Positions 43,791 through 55,625 of a DNA stretch of 64,000 nucleotides are shown in pieces (within the stretch, counting starts at the first letter, position 1; the number at the start of each line of letters is the position of its first letter). The stretch is from Eledone cirrhosa (Eukaryota): positions 279,248,001 to 279,312,000 of the forward strand of contig OZ024741.1 in assembly GCA_964016885.1 (NCBI GenBank). Reading direction: 5' to 3'. Position numbers and translations under genes: made by a program. The notes under the pieces were generated by a model, which saw only the letters and a list, made by a program, of their open reading frames with translations, was not told the origin of the DNA and did no database searches.

Positions 43791-44143
43791 CAGGGTGGTC
43801 CGAAAGTCTTGTCACTCCCTACCAAAAAGTAATGAGAAACAGTTTATGTTCCCATCGGAGTATCGTCCTCTTCGGAGGAGCTGGTTTGCCAAATCTTGCA
43901 GTGAAGTCATGTCGCACACCCTCCATGCTCTTGCCAGAATGCACACGATCATGTGTCCATACACTTGCAAGCAGCCTCTCTTCCAAACTGTAGGAGCTCA
44001 TGTCAGCTATCTGAAATAGAAAATTATATTATTATTATTATATATTATAATTAATGATATTGTATATTATATTATTAAAACAAAAAATAATGAAAGTTAA
44101 AACAAATTGTGACAAGGGGTGACAAGACTTTCGGACCACCCTG
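43791..44143 (-). mobile_element. internally deleted Tc1/mariner element retaining the transposase N-terminus
   Basis: TIRs CAGGGTGGTCCGAAAGTCTTGTCAC / GTGACAAGACTTTCGGACCACCCTG with TA TSD; ORF 43819-44001 (MSSYSLEERL..VRHDFTARFGKPAPPKRTILRWEHKL) resembles a mariner HTH. Confidence 0.9.
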
Positions 44144-44667
44144 TACATTTCAAAGATGTTAGAGTGACGAGCTGCGGAAATAATTCGCTTATTCGACAAA
44201 TGAAAATGTGAATTTAACCCAATTTCGCATATTACAACTCATCCCTCAGACTGAGTCCTCTGCCAACTTGGAATATAATTTTTTTTACGAAATTCACTAC
44301 ACTATATATATACAGTGGCGGACTGGCCAGGTTGCCCAATGGTAAGTAGGCCCCAGGGGGGCAACGGTAGCATTGCAAGAGCCCATAGTAGCATTGCAGG
44401 GTCCCCTGTAGTATTTTAGGGACCAATGCTTTGCTTTCAAAAAATACCTGAAATCTAAGAGAAAGAATAACATTTTAAAAATATATAAAAAAATTAAGCA
44501 AAGCATTTGGTCAACCAATTCCCCCAGGGAATTACTAGAAACCAAAATATACGATAGTGCAAATAGCTGGAATCTACATTCTACTAAATCTAAAGCTTAG
44601 TGTATTCATTCATGCATGCAAACATCCATATATAGACACACACATACAAGCATATACATATATATAT

Positions 44668-45064
44668 ATATTGTTATACTTGGGGAGGGTCATATTGTTA
44701 TATAATATTGCCAGAAATAATAACAGAACACACTCACTGTTTGGTTGGTTTTCGCTTCTGTATCTTTTAAGACATTTTTTTTAAATGGCGTAGATATTAT
44801 AGTACAATACCATACATTAGGAGGAAACATAATAGTACTACTGATGATGTTGCAGATGTGCAACGAAAGAACTTTGATAGACTATATATATATATTTATA
44901 TCTGTATTTTTAACCGTTGGTCAATCAATGATAAACATTGATTGCCAAAGAAATTAACTATGGAGATATAAAAGATACAAAAGCGAAAACCAACCAAACA
45001 GTGTGTTCTGTTATTATTTCTGGCAATATTATAACAATATGACCCTCCCCAAGTATAACAATAT
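44668..45064. mobile_element. MITE with about 100-bp terminal inverted repeats, superfamily unassigned
   Basis: ATATTGTTATACTTGGGGAGGGTCATATTG..GTATCTTT mirrored by AAAGATAC..ATGACCCTCCCCAAGTATAACAATAT. Confidence 0.8.
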
Positions 45065-45522
45065 TTGTTTGACCCACGATTTCATATCAAAAACCTTGCA
45101 AAACAAACATATATATATATATATAAATACGGTCCTCGAAATAACAAATATATTTAAAAAGAATATATCAGAAGAAGTATTTTTCTTGCATTTCTACACT
45201 CCTCAATTCCATAGTCCACCCCATCCGACAATTCTATAGTATTTTCTCTTCCCCGAATCCAATCTTGCCTCGCTACTCGCTACTCTATCGTATTTCCAAA
45301 ACAAATCCTCCTGTATTTTTGTCGTATTTTCCAAAACAAATCTTGTATTTTTGTTTTTGTTATTGCTTGTTAAATACGAGGATCTTATTTAAACCTCACC
45401 TTCTCGCTAACAACTCAACATCTCTCCCGCCCGCCCCCACGCACCACCATTATTATTACGTGGACCAATCATAAGCCAGAAGCCTATACTATCGCTTACC
45501 TGGTTGCCTTTCGATATGATGG

Positions 45523-48500
45523 ATGGATGGACTACGGAATTCTGGAGAGTTGAAGAGAGAAAAATCTGGACGCTCAGCGACAATGCCAAAGATAAAGACA
45601 AATTCACCTCGTGGACGAGAATGCGAGCACTCCTCTTTGTTTCGGCCGCGGATGGCTAACATAACCCCATCTCCCCCCGCGCCCCACCGCGCCCACCCTC
45701 CAAACGCAATACAAAACTTCAGAGTTGGTACCATGAATGTAGGCACCTTAAAGGGTCGCTCTAACGAGGTTGTAGAAATGCTTGAACGTAAGGAGGTCGA
45801 TGTTTGTTGTATTCAAGAGACCAGGTGGAGGGGTGGGTCTGCTAGATTCATTGTGGGTAAAAAACGATGCTATAAGCTTTTCTGGGTGGGAAATGACAAT
45901 GGGCTGGGTGGAGTAGGAATAATGGTAGCAGAAAAGTGGGCAGATAAGATAATAGACGTAAATAGAGTGAACGACAGAATAATTAAGATAAGACTTGTCC
46001 TCAATAGAACTACGGTGACAGTAATATCTGCGTACGCACCCCAATCCGGACTGCCCGGCACTATAATAGACAGATTCTATGAGACACTGATGCTCACTAC
46101 CTCCCAAATAACCGACAGTGACTATATAATTATTGCAGGCGACCTAAATGGTCATATTGGACAACATTGTGACGGCTACGACGAAATCCATGGAGGCTAT
46201 GGGATTGGTACTAGAAATGAGGAAGGCTCCAGAATCCTGGAATTCTGTGACGCAAATAACCTAACTATCTGTAACACTAACTTCAAAAAAGGTGACAATC
46301 ACCTGATCACCTATAGATCGGAGGAACACACAAGCCAGGTAGATTATATCCTTACCAGAAGACGTGACAGAGTGTCTGTTGTAAACACTAAATCCTTCCC
46401 ACATGAAGAATGCACCTCCCAACATAGACTGATAATTAGCGACCTAATAGTCAGGACGAGACGTACTAGACAGCAGAAGAGGACTATCCTCAGGAGAAAA
46501 ATATGGAAGCTAAAGGACCCCACAGCCAGAAATAAATTTAAAAGCATACTACTTGATGCTTTCGATAGTAAGGAAGAGCAATTAGAGTCGTACAATATAG
46601 AGGAACAGTGGGAATTCCTGAAAGCAAACCTGCTGATGGCGGCAGACGAAGTCTGTGGCTGGAGCAGGCCTGTAGGCAGGAGAGTAACATGGTGGTGGAA
46701 GAGTAAGGTGGAGGGGTCAATTAAGGCCAAAAAGCAGGCTTGGAAAGTATGGCGGGATGGGGGAAGTAGAGAAGACTATCAAGTGGCCAGGAGGGAAGCT
46801 AGGAGACAAGTGTACTTCGCAAGAAGGGAAGCAGAGGAAAGAAAGTTCAAGCATGTTCTACAACGCGAGGACCAAAAACGTGAGGTGTTCAGGATTGCTA
46901 GGCAATGTGTCAAGGAAAACCGTGATATTGTCGGGGAGAAGTGTGTACTTAATGATGACGGCGTACTTGCCATCACCGACGCTGATCAGAAGGTAGCTTG
47001 GAAATGTCACTACAAAAGGCTACTAAATGAGGAGAATAAATGGGAGAAAGACAGTCTCCCCCACATCGACCCAATAGAGGGACCAGCAGTGTTAGTCGAG
47101 GGTAGTATAATAAGTAAGGCAATCAAAGATATGAAGACGGGTAAGGCGGCTGGGCCTTCGAAAATAGTTGCTGAGATGCTGAAGGCATCTGGTACGGTGG
47201 GACACACCATAGTCACCCGGATAGTTAACCAAGTCGTACAGAATGGGGTTGTTCCGAAGGACTGGCGTAGCAGCATCATCGTTAACTGTTATAAGGGTAA
47301 AGGAGATGCCCTAGATAGGAGTAACTATAGAGGCATTAAATTAATCGACCAGGTCATGAAGGTCACGGAAAAAGTAATAGCGCAACTAATCAGAGAGAGA
47401 ATTGATCTAGATGAAATGCAGTTCGGGTTTGTGTCAGGCAAAAGTACCACAGACACTCTTTTCATTGTACGACAACTACAGGAGAAGTACCTAGCTAAAA
47501 GTAAACCCCTATACTTAGCTTTTGTCGACTTGGAGAAAGCTTTCGACAGAGTCCCCCGTTCCATTATCTGGTGGGCTCTTAGAAAACTAGGTGTTGACGA
47601 ATGGCTTGGGAGAGCTATACAAGCCATGTATAAAGAAACAGTCAGCAAGGTTAGAATTAACAACGAATATAGTGAAGAGTTTAGCGTAAAAGTTGGCGTC
47701 CATCAGGGCTCTGTTCTCAGCCCCCTACTATTTATTATTGCCCTTCAGCCTATAACAGTGGAGTTCAAGACCGGCTGCCCATGGGAACTCCTATACGCAG
47801 ATGACCTAACGCTCATAGCTGAATCAATGGCCGAGCTAGAGAAGAAATTCCAAACATGGAAGCACGGCCTAGAATCAAAAGGCCTTAACACTAACCTGGC
47901 TAAGACTAAAGTTCTAGTTTGTAAGAAAGAAAATAAGGCGGCGGTCCCTTCCGGGAAGTGGCCATGCTCAGTGTGTAGGAAAGGCGTAGGTAGAAACTCC
48001 ATTTTGTGTCCCAAATGCAAAGTATGGGTGCATAAAAGATGTAGTGGGATCACAGGTAAGCTAACTAAGAACATAGATTTCACATGTGGCCGGTGTTCTG
48101 GTGCAATAAGTAGCAGCAAGTGCCCACAAAATACTAGCTCTTTCAACTGCGTAGAGGGTTCTATAGAAATAGTGGACAGCTTCCGTTACCTGGGTGACAA
48201 AATCAGCAGTGGGGGAGGGTGCTCTGAAAGTACAGTAGCTAGAGTCAGAACCGGATGGAAAAAGTTCAGAGAGCTATTACCACCATTAGCCGCTAAAGGG
48301 TTCTCCCTAAAAATGAAAGGCAGGTTGTATGATGCCTGCATACGAACAGCAATGTTGCATGGCAGTGAGACCTGGGCATTGTGTGCAGAGGATATACGCA
48401 GACTAGAGAGGAACGAAGCTTGCATGCTCCGCTGGATGTGTAATAGTAATATACGTGAACGGCAAAGCATAAACGAACTAAGGAAAAAATTAGAAATAAG

Positions 48501-48750
48501 AGGGATCAGATGTTGTTTACTCGAGAGAAGGCTACGTTGGTATGGTCACGTGATGCGCATGAAAGACGATAGCTGTATAACAAAGTGCAGGGCAATAAAG
48601 ATAGACGGTAGCCACGGAGTAGGCAGACCCAGAAAAACCTGGGACGAGCTGATAAATTCCGACCTCACACACTTACACCTCTCTAAGACAATGTCACTGG
48701 ACCGAGATCTTTGGCGGTACTCAGTAATAGAGAAGACCCGCCTTACCTAA
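45523..48750 (+). CDS. intact RTE-clade LINE ORF: APE endonuclease, reverse transcriptase with inserted PHD finger, RTE C-terminus (1075 aa)
   Basis: APE motifs (GTMNVGTL, CIQETRW, SAYAPQ, GDLNGH, VDYIL, SQHR); RT motifs (YRGIKL, FVDLEKAFDRV, GVHQGSVLSPLLF, YADD, FRYLG); RRLRWYGHVMR..GRPRKTW. No stops or frameshifts. Start codon uncertain. Confidence 0.96.
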   Translation: MDGLRNSGELKREKSGRSATMPKIKTNSPRGRECEHSSLFRPRMANITPSPPAPHRAHPPNAIQNFRVGTMNVGTLKGRSNEVVEMLERKEVDVCCIQETRWRGGSARFIVGKKRCYKLFWVGNDNGLGGVGIMVAEKWADKIIDVNRVNDRIIKIRLVLNRTTVTVISAYAPQSGLPGTIIDRFYETLMLTTSQITDSDYIIIAGDLNGHIGQHCDGYDEIHGGYGIGTRNEEGSRILEFCDANNLTICNTNFKKGDNHLITYRSEEHTSQVDYILTRRRDRVSVVNTKSFPHEECTSQHRLIISDLIVRTRRTRQQKRTILRRKIWKLKDPTARNKFKSILLDAFDSKEEQLESYNIEEQWEFLKANLLMAADEVCGWSRPVGRRVTWWWKSKVEGSIKAKKQAWKVWRDGGSREDYQVARREARRQVYFARREAEERKFKHVLQREDQKREVFRIARQCVKENRDIVGEKCVLNDDGVLAITDADQKVAWKCHYKRLLNEENKWEKDSLPHIDPIEGPAVLVEGSIISKAIKDMKTGKAAGPSKIVAEMLKASGTVGHTIVTRIVNQVVQNGVVPKDWRSSIIVNCYKGKGDALDRSNYRGIKLIDQVMKVTEKVIAQLIRERIDLDEMQFGFVSGKSTTDTLFIVRQLQEKYLAKSKPLYLAFVDLEKAFDRVPRSIIWWALRKLGVDEWLGRAIQAMYKETVSKVRINNEYSEEFSVKVGVHQGSVLSPLLFIIALQPITVEFKTGCPWELLYADDLTLIAESMAELEKKFQTWKHGLESKGLNTNLAKTKVLVCKKENKAAVPSGKWPCSVCRKGVGRNSILCPKCKVWVHKRCSGITGKLTKNIDFTCGRCSGAISSSKCPQNTSSFNCVEGSIEIVDSFRYLGDKISSGGGCSESTVARVRTGWKKFRELLPPLAAKGFSLKMKGRLYDACIRTAMLHGSETWALCAEDIRRLERNEACMLRWMCNSNIRERQSINELRKKLEIRGIRCCLLERRLRWYGHVMRMKDDSCITKCRAIKIDGSHGVGRPRKTWDELINSDLTHLHLSKTMSLDRDLWRYSVIEKTRLT

Positions 48751-49163
48751 ATACAAAGTGAAACCTACTACAGTCAGTAGGCATCTCTAACAAAATACAC
48801 CCCCGTCCCACCACCCCCACCCCATCCACACCGCCCCTTTCAATGTAAAGTTATGTTGGTCCCACAACATCCAGGCCGAAACAAATGAGATCGTGTAGGT
48901 GTCACGACAAAAAACACACAGTCCACGCTGTAATGGGGCCGTGTAGGCAACACGGTAAAAACCTCCCAGTTCCACACTGTAAATGTGGTTGGTGTTAGGA
49001 AGGGCATCCAGCTGTAGAAAACCCGCCAGACAGTCCTATGCGAGCAAGACAATCACTCTTGCCAAGCTCTGTGGTTAGTGGTTAGTTTGACAATTACCCC
49101 CGTCCAAACCCATGCAAGCGTGGAACACGGACGTTAAACGTTGATGATGATGATGATGATGAT
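48751..49163 (+). mobile_element. 3' UTR and (GAT)n tail of the RTE LINE
   Basis: GGTTGGTGTTAGGAAGGGCATCCAGCTGTAGAAAACC..GGACGTTAAACGTT(GAT)7; a related copy lies at 63781-64000 (-). Confidence 0.85.
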
Positions 49164-49267
<104 letters not shown>

Positions 49268-49508
49268 AGTGAGTGAGTGTGAAAGACCAAAGGTCATTAT
49301 TGAAAGTCTCTGGATTTCGCAAAATACATATTTTTTATTGGAGAAGGTAAGATATTTTCCGCAAAAATTTGGATGCACTGTTTTGTTTCCAATTATGTAT
49401 TTTTTGAAAATGTTATTTATTCATTATAAAAATTAAATGATAGCATTCTATATGTAGGCGGGCCTCCTTCAACTGGCAACCAATATTTTTAGACCTAGTC
49501 CGCCACTG

Positions 49509-49578
<70 letters not shown>

Positions 49579-50060
49579 GCCAATCATTGTAAGTTTGAAT
49601 CTAACTGACATGCAAAAACATATATATAGGAATAAAGTAAGCCCTACTCCCGACCAGGATTGAAATCAGACCAGGATCACCACCGTCTATGATTCCTCCA
49701 ACTAGGCCACCGAGACAGCTACAAAAGTATAATAATAAAATTGATAATTATAAACCTACTTTCAAAATCAAAGTTAAAAAGACGTGGTGTCGTTCATGGC
49801 TTATCCTAGAGTTATTAGTAATATTTAGGCTCGACTTCTGGCAATTATTGAAAGTCTCTGGATTTCGCAAAATCCATAATATTTTTTATTGGAGAAGGTA
49901 AGATATTTTCCCGCAAAAATTTGATTGCACTGTTTTGTTTCCATTTATGTATTTTTCGAAAATTTTATTTATGCATTATAAAAATTAAATGATAGCATTC
50001 TATATGTAGGTGGGCCTCCTTCATCTCCTGGCAACCAATATTTTTAGACCCAGTCCGCCA

Positions 50061-50130
<70 letters not shown>

Positions 50131-50136
<6 letters not shown>

Positions 50137-50753
50137 GGAAAAAAATGAAACGAAATTTCATTTCCCACTCTTAGTACGGCTGTTACTTAAATATAAGTAT
50201 GTACACGTACATACATTTATGTATACAGACGTACAGTAGTATGTATATATATATACATACATGCACACATATATATATGTACGTATGGATTCACCGAACA
50301 TTTATTATAATGCTCGGTGTGTTTGTAAACAAACATCCCGTATTAAGCCGTGGTGTCCAGCAACCATCGTTGCTCGTTTGTTCAACACTGACAAAGGAAC
50401 GCTGTACTAGTTTCAAGCTTATTAGCTATCGTCAGCAACGTATACCTTCCTGTCAGATTGTTGAACGTATATACTTACCTTATGCATATTAACGGCTGAG
50501 TAGCCCAATTTGCATATCGAGTGGGTTAATCGGCCGGGTGCACCAAAAACGATAAACGGAAAAAATGAAACGAAATTTCATTTCCCACTCTTAGTATGGC
50601 TGTTACTTAAATATAAGTATGTACACGTACATACCGAGCATTATAATAAATGTTCGGTGAATCCATACGTACATATATATATGTGTGCATGTATGTATAT
50701 ATATATACATACTACTGTACGTCTGTATACATAAATGTATGTACGTGTACATA

Positions 50754-50760
<7 letters not shown>
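50131..50760. repeat. compound direct plus inverted duplication between (TA)n tracts
   Basis: 50131-50214 is repeated at 50552-50634; 50191-50318 is inverted at 50633-50760. Confidence 0.9.
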
Positions 50761-50794
<34 letters not shown>

Positions 50795-51029
50795 GTGAGG
50801 TTTTTTTAACAAAATGAAAAATAACCGAGGTGTCCTACACGAGTGAAAGTATAAGGAAAAAAGATGAAATCGAAAATGCAACTGGAGTCTTATTTTTTTT
50901 AAATATATATATTTATTTGGTTCCTTTACCGGTTTCGCAGTTCTTCTGCTTTTCAAAAGTAGAGTTGAGATGGAGGGTCTGTGGTTTTTCTCACATCTGG
51001 TTGGTCTTTGAATGTTACTTCTTTTATAT

Positions 51030-51365
51030 GGAAAAAAGTGGCTCGAAACGCCAGATTTTTAGAGAAGTAATTTGATTGGTTGGTGAATAAGTCTAATAAA
51101 TTTCGCGCCAGTTCGCGTTACAAAGTTCTTCAAACAAAGGGGGGGGGCTCAGGTTGTTTTTTCATATATGAGTGAATTTTGGTTGGTTGATGCAGTCACG
51201 TGAATAAGCACATCAGCTTTCGCGCCAGTTTGTTTGAATTTCTTTTTACTTAAAAAAAGGTGGCTCACGAATGCTTTTTTTTTTTATAAATGTAATTTGA
51301 TTGGTTATAAATGAAATTATGGCTGTCACGTGAACAAGTTCATTAAACTTCGTGCCCGTATTTGG
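51030..51365. repeat. three degenerate ~110-bp tandem units
   Basis: Each unit has AAA(A)G..GGCTC, TTGATTGGTT or TTGGTTGGTT, GTGAA(T/C)AAG and TTCG(C/T)GCC in the same order. Confidence 0.6.
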
Positions 51366-51539
51366 GAATTTATTTTGTAGCCTTTTAGAGAATTTTATGA
51401 CAAACAAAAGATAATGGTCAAGAGAAATGGGATAGGGAGAATTGTTCTGGTTCAGTGAATATGGATGGTTCGCTGGGGTGTCAGAATTCAGACTTTCTAT
51501 TGAAATAAAGAAAGTAGAGATATGTATGTTTATTTGTGT

Positions 51540-52077
51540 GCTTTGTGTGTGTGTAGGAAGATGATTCTATTAGTAGAAATGGGGGAGGGAGTTGTGTGTG
51601 TGGGGATGTTATGTGTGGGGGGAGTATGTTAAGATGGAGAGAATATATATATATTGTGTGTGTGTAATAAGACACCCAAATTCCAAGTCTTCCCATTTTA
51701 CCTTCGCGCTGACAATACAACAGAACAAATACGAATAAATAAGGAAAATATGTTTATTCAAAAATATAGACCAGCATTAAATATAGTTTAATATACATTA
51801 TGTCAACACCATAACATGCTAACCATCCAAACAGACACATACATACACACACACACATAACACCTTCTACTTTAGAAAATAAAAACCAGAACTAAATAAA
51901 CCTTAACATACGTTAATACTCTAACACCTTAACATGCTAACCACACACACACATAACATCCCCCCCCCCCACACACACACACACAATTCCCCCCTCCCCC
52001 ATTTCTACTACTAGAATCACTTTCCTACACACATACACACACACAAAATATATATATTCTCTCCATCTTAACATACT

Positions 52078-52149
<72 letters not shown>

Positions 52150-52210
52150 ACACCCATACACACACACAACTCCCTTCTCCATTTCTACTAATAGAATCAT
52201 CTTCCTACCT
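51540..52210. repeat. imperfect inverted repeat of a GT/G-rich low-complexity unit
   Basis: GTAGGAAGATGATTCTATTAGTAGAAATGG and GGGAGTATGTTAAGATGGAGAGAATATATA recur as reverse complements at 51995-52210. Confidence 0.75.
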
Positions 52211-52399
52211 TTCTCTCTACCTAAATACTGCCACCGTATCTGCTATTAACCAAATGTGTGCACTCTGACCGGCTGATTGCAACTGTATTACTGCAAATCG
52301 GCAGATTCATTGAGTGAGCTAAATGCTGGCCAGGGACTGTTGAATTAATACAAACGATCTTCGTTAATTTTATAATACATATATATATATGTATTATAG

Positions 52400-52935
52400 T
52401 GTCAAACTAACCACAGAGCTTGAGGCAATCCAACGAAGCTACACCAAGAGGATTGCCACGATGAAGGAGATAAGCTACTGGGAGAGGCTAAAAGAACTGA
52501 ACCTCTACTCCTTGGAACGAAGACAGGAGAGATACACAGTAATATACATATGGAAAATCGTGGAGGGACTAGCACCAAACTTTGGCATTGGGAGCTGGAC
52601 CAACCCCCAAACAGGACGTCACTATGTGGTGCCAAAGGTCCCGTCTCCCACATCTAGAATAAAGAGCAGATATTGCAATAGCCTGGGATTCAAAGGCCCT
52701 CAAGTCTTCAACAAGCTGCCGAGGGATTTGAGAGATCTGCATGGTGTGGACGTTGATGTTTTCAAGAAATATCTCGGCACCCTGCTATCCAGGATCCCGG
52801 ATGAGCCCACAGCCTAAGGGCAGCAGCAACAAACTCCCTCTTGCACCAATGGCCAACCAACACAGGCCGGAGATAGAATGTGTAGAAACAAGGGCGGTGC
52901 CCCAGCATGGCCTCAGCTGGATGGCTGGAACAGGG
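52400..52935 (+). mobile_element. CR1/L2-group LINE 3' fragment
   Basis: LEAIQRSYTKRI..SYWERLKELNLYSLERRQERY..YIWKI..FNKLP is the typical CR1-group ORF2 C-terminus; 3' end GGCGGTGCCCCAGCATGGCC. Confidence 0.85.
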
Positions 52936-53610
52936 AAAAGAGTATTTTGTGTGCGTGTGTGTTGAATATCACTATGTGTGCACGATATATTTGTGTATCT
53001 GTTATATACGTATATACATTATATTAATCAATATCTATCTAAATTTGATATAAGTAACTATTCTCTCTTTGTCATTCAAAATTTTTCCTTCTTCTTTTGT
53101 CGCTTTTTTGCAAGATGTCCGATATTCTTTATCTTCTCGTTCTTTCTTCTCCCCCCTGCAATCCACTACGATCACAATCTCTGGTATTACATCAACTTTT
53201 CAGAGTGGCCGGTCACTAATGAAATGGTCTATGAGACGACCAATTAATTTCTAGTAGTTTTTCTTCCTTATTCTCTTGCTGTTAACAATCATATACAAGA
53301 TAGTGTGAATTCCGAGATGTTACAAACAAGATTAACTGATTTTCTTGCGTATTTTTTTCGTTTTTTTATGTATTTTTCTTTTTCTGTCCTTATTTGTTCA
53401 TTATCCTTTTCTTCCCGACGTCAAACTATCTTCACCAGTAGAAATGTTTCAATTATTATGATTCAAAGAAAAACGTCGAGTATTTAATGTGTCCATATAT
53501 ATACACACACATACACAAGTACATAGATACATACATGCATAGATAGAGAGGGGGGAAGGTAGACCGACATGTATATATGAATATATATATATATATGTAT
53601 ATATGTATGA

Positions 53611-53695
<85 letters not shown>

Positions 53696-54026
53696 TCGTT
53701 TTTGAATTTGTTTTGCGAGATTTCTTATCTGAAAACGTGTGTTCAAACAGATACTGTTATAATTTGTGAGAGCCATGTTGCCAATAAATACACAGGCAAC
53801 TGTTGGTTTTCACTTCAATTTATTATAAATTTCCAGTTGGTTGGTTGGTTCGATTAGCAGAAGGTTGTTTATATATTGTCAAAGCTCTTTCGTCATACAT
53901 TCTGTGACCTCCTCACTGACTAGCTTTTTATTTTGTGTGCCTCTCCTTTATTCTGTTCTATAATAAATTGAAGTGAAAACCAACGGTGTGTGTGTTTTTA
54001 TTGGCAACATGACCCCTCCCAAAGTG

Positions 54027-54082
<56 letters not shown>

Positions 54083-54173
54083 GTGTGTGTAAAAAGTAAA
54101 CAGAAATAACAAAGCAAACGATACAGTGCAATGAAGAAATATATTAGTTGAACGCTTGAAATAATAGGAAAAG

Positions 54174-54210
54174 AGTCTTAACGTTTCGGACACTAATCCT
54201 TCATCGGAAG
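54174..54210 (-). ncRNA. probable minimal type I hammerhead ribozyme (Penelope pseudo-LTR type)
   Basis: Minus strand CTT-CCGATGA-AGGATTAGTGTCC-GAAAC-GTT-AAG: core CYGANGA/GAAA, stem II GGAT/GTCC, palindromic AACGTT for stem III, short stem I CTT/AAG. Confidence 0.5.
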
Positions 54211-54920
54211 TGTGTGTGTGTGTGTATGCATAAATATTGTTATATATGTATGCACATATGCATATAGTCGGTTGAGTTCTTCGTTTTTGGCGCGAATTCC
54301 TTTGTTTGAATTTAACTACCAAAATTACGTGTTATGATCTGCGAGGATTTCCTTCCTCTTTTTCATTAGAGGCTAAGTGACTGAATGCCATGAACTGCTT
54401 TATAGCTTAGCAAGCAATAAAAGCTTACTCACACTGCATGGAAATGTCGAATAATATTATAGGGCAGTCCTGCTGATAACGTGTAATAGCCCGATTGCAT
54501 AATTATCTGCTGATTTTACGTGATTTTCTGAACATTGCAGTGGTAAAATCTGCATTTGTAAGAAAATATTGCACAGAAATGATCGTTCAGGAATTTTAAC
54601 ATCCATCTCTAATTAAAAACACAGCCAACGCTCTACAGTAAAACTAAATGTGTTCACTCTAAACCGGTGATTGCAGCTGCATAACTGCAATTCACTAGAT
54701 TTGTTGAGTGAGCTAGACGCTGGCCTACTAAAATTTTTCCGTTCGTATAGTTTCTGTAGCCCATTCTACACGGAAACTGTTTTGATTTGTGTTTATATGC
54801 TTTTACGTAAAATTATTTCCATGATATTTCATGAACTACAGCTGCTGCAATAAAAGATAGCATTTTTATTCTATAAATCAACAGAAAAGCCAAAATTATG
54901 GGCGGCCATTATATGTGTGT

Positions 54921-55200
54921 GGGGGCGCATGGCTAAGTGGTAAGGGTGTTGAACTTAAGATCATAATGTCATGCGTTCGATTCCTACGATGGGTTGCGTG
55001 TTGTGTTCTTGAGCAAAACACTTCATTTTCATGCTGCTTCAATAAACTCAGCTGAAAATGAATACCAGCAATAGCTGGGGGTTTAACCCTGCAATGGTCT
55101 GGCGTCCTGTCCCGGGGCTAGTCTTGTACTCTTAGTCGCTTCACGCCATGAAACCGGGATCAGCACCGGCCTAATGAGCCTTAAATGGATTAAGACAGAC
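54921..55200 (+). mobile_element. tRNA-derived SINE, second family
   Basis: GGGGCGCATGGCTAAGTGG A-box, GTTCGATTCC B-box, conserved-domain-like GTGTTCTTGAGCAAAACACTT. Confidence 0.8.
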
Positions 55201-55259
55201 TTTTTTCGACATTACATGTGTACAAACGTGACAACAAACACCTTCACATAGGAGACAAC

Positions 55260-55625
55260 AAAACTAATTCGACCTACTAGAAATAGTAGCCAGATACTAT
55301 CAAGTCATACACACAAACGTCACAACGAACGCTTAAGAACTCATTCGACGTGCTAGAAATAACAGCCAGAACGTGTGTGTGTGTGTGTGTCCATGTTTGT
55401 TTATAACAGTTCGACAAAGTTGAGATCGATAAAATAAGTACCTGTCTGGATATGATAGACTAAAATCAAGGGGTACCCGAGCATGGTCGTGGTCTAATAA
55501 CTGAAACCAACAAAATAATAATAATAATTGTTTCTACTTTTGGCACAAGGCCAGCAAATACCCAGTGCATTACTGGTACTTTATTTTATTGACCCCGTAA
55601 GGATGAAAGGCAAAGTTAACCTTAT
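55260..55625. mobile_element. SINE fragments: middle/3' part on + with (AAT)n tail, then a minus-strand fragment of the 35680 family
   Basis: GACCTACTAGAAATAGTAGCC-like motif twice; GAGCATGGTC..CTGAAACC(AAT)n; 55527-55622 is the reverse complement of parts of 35776-35870. Confidence 0.6.

Noticed and set aside
45748-48470. Antisense and alternative-frame ORFs over the RTE (and likewise over Tx1 at 57458-62470)
   Set aside because: Shadow ORFs of the real coding strand, with no independent motifs.
54921-54995. tRNA gene
   Set aside because: A and B boxes are present but there is no proper cloverleaf, and it continues into a SINE body. The same applies to 35680 and 38786.
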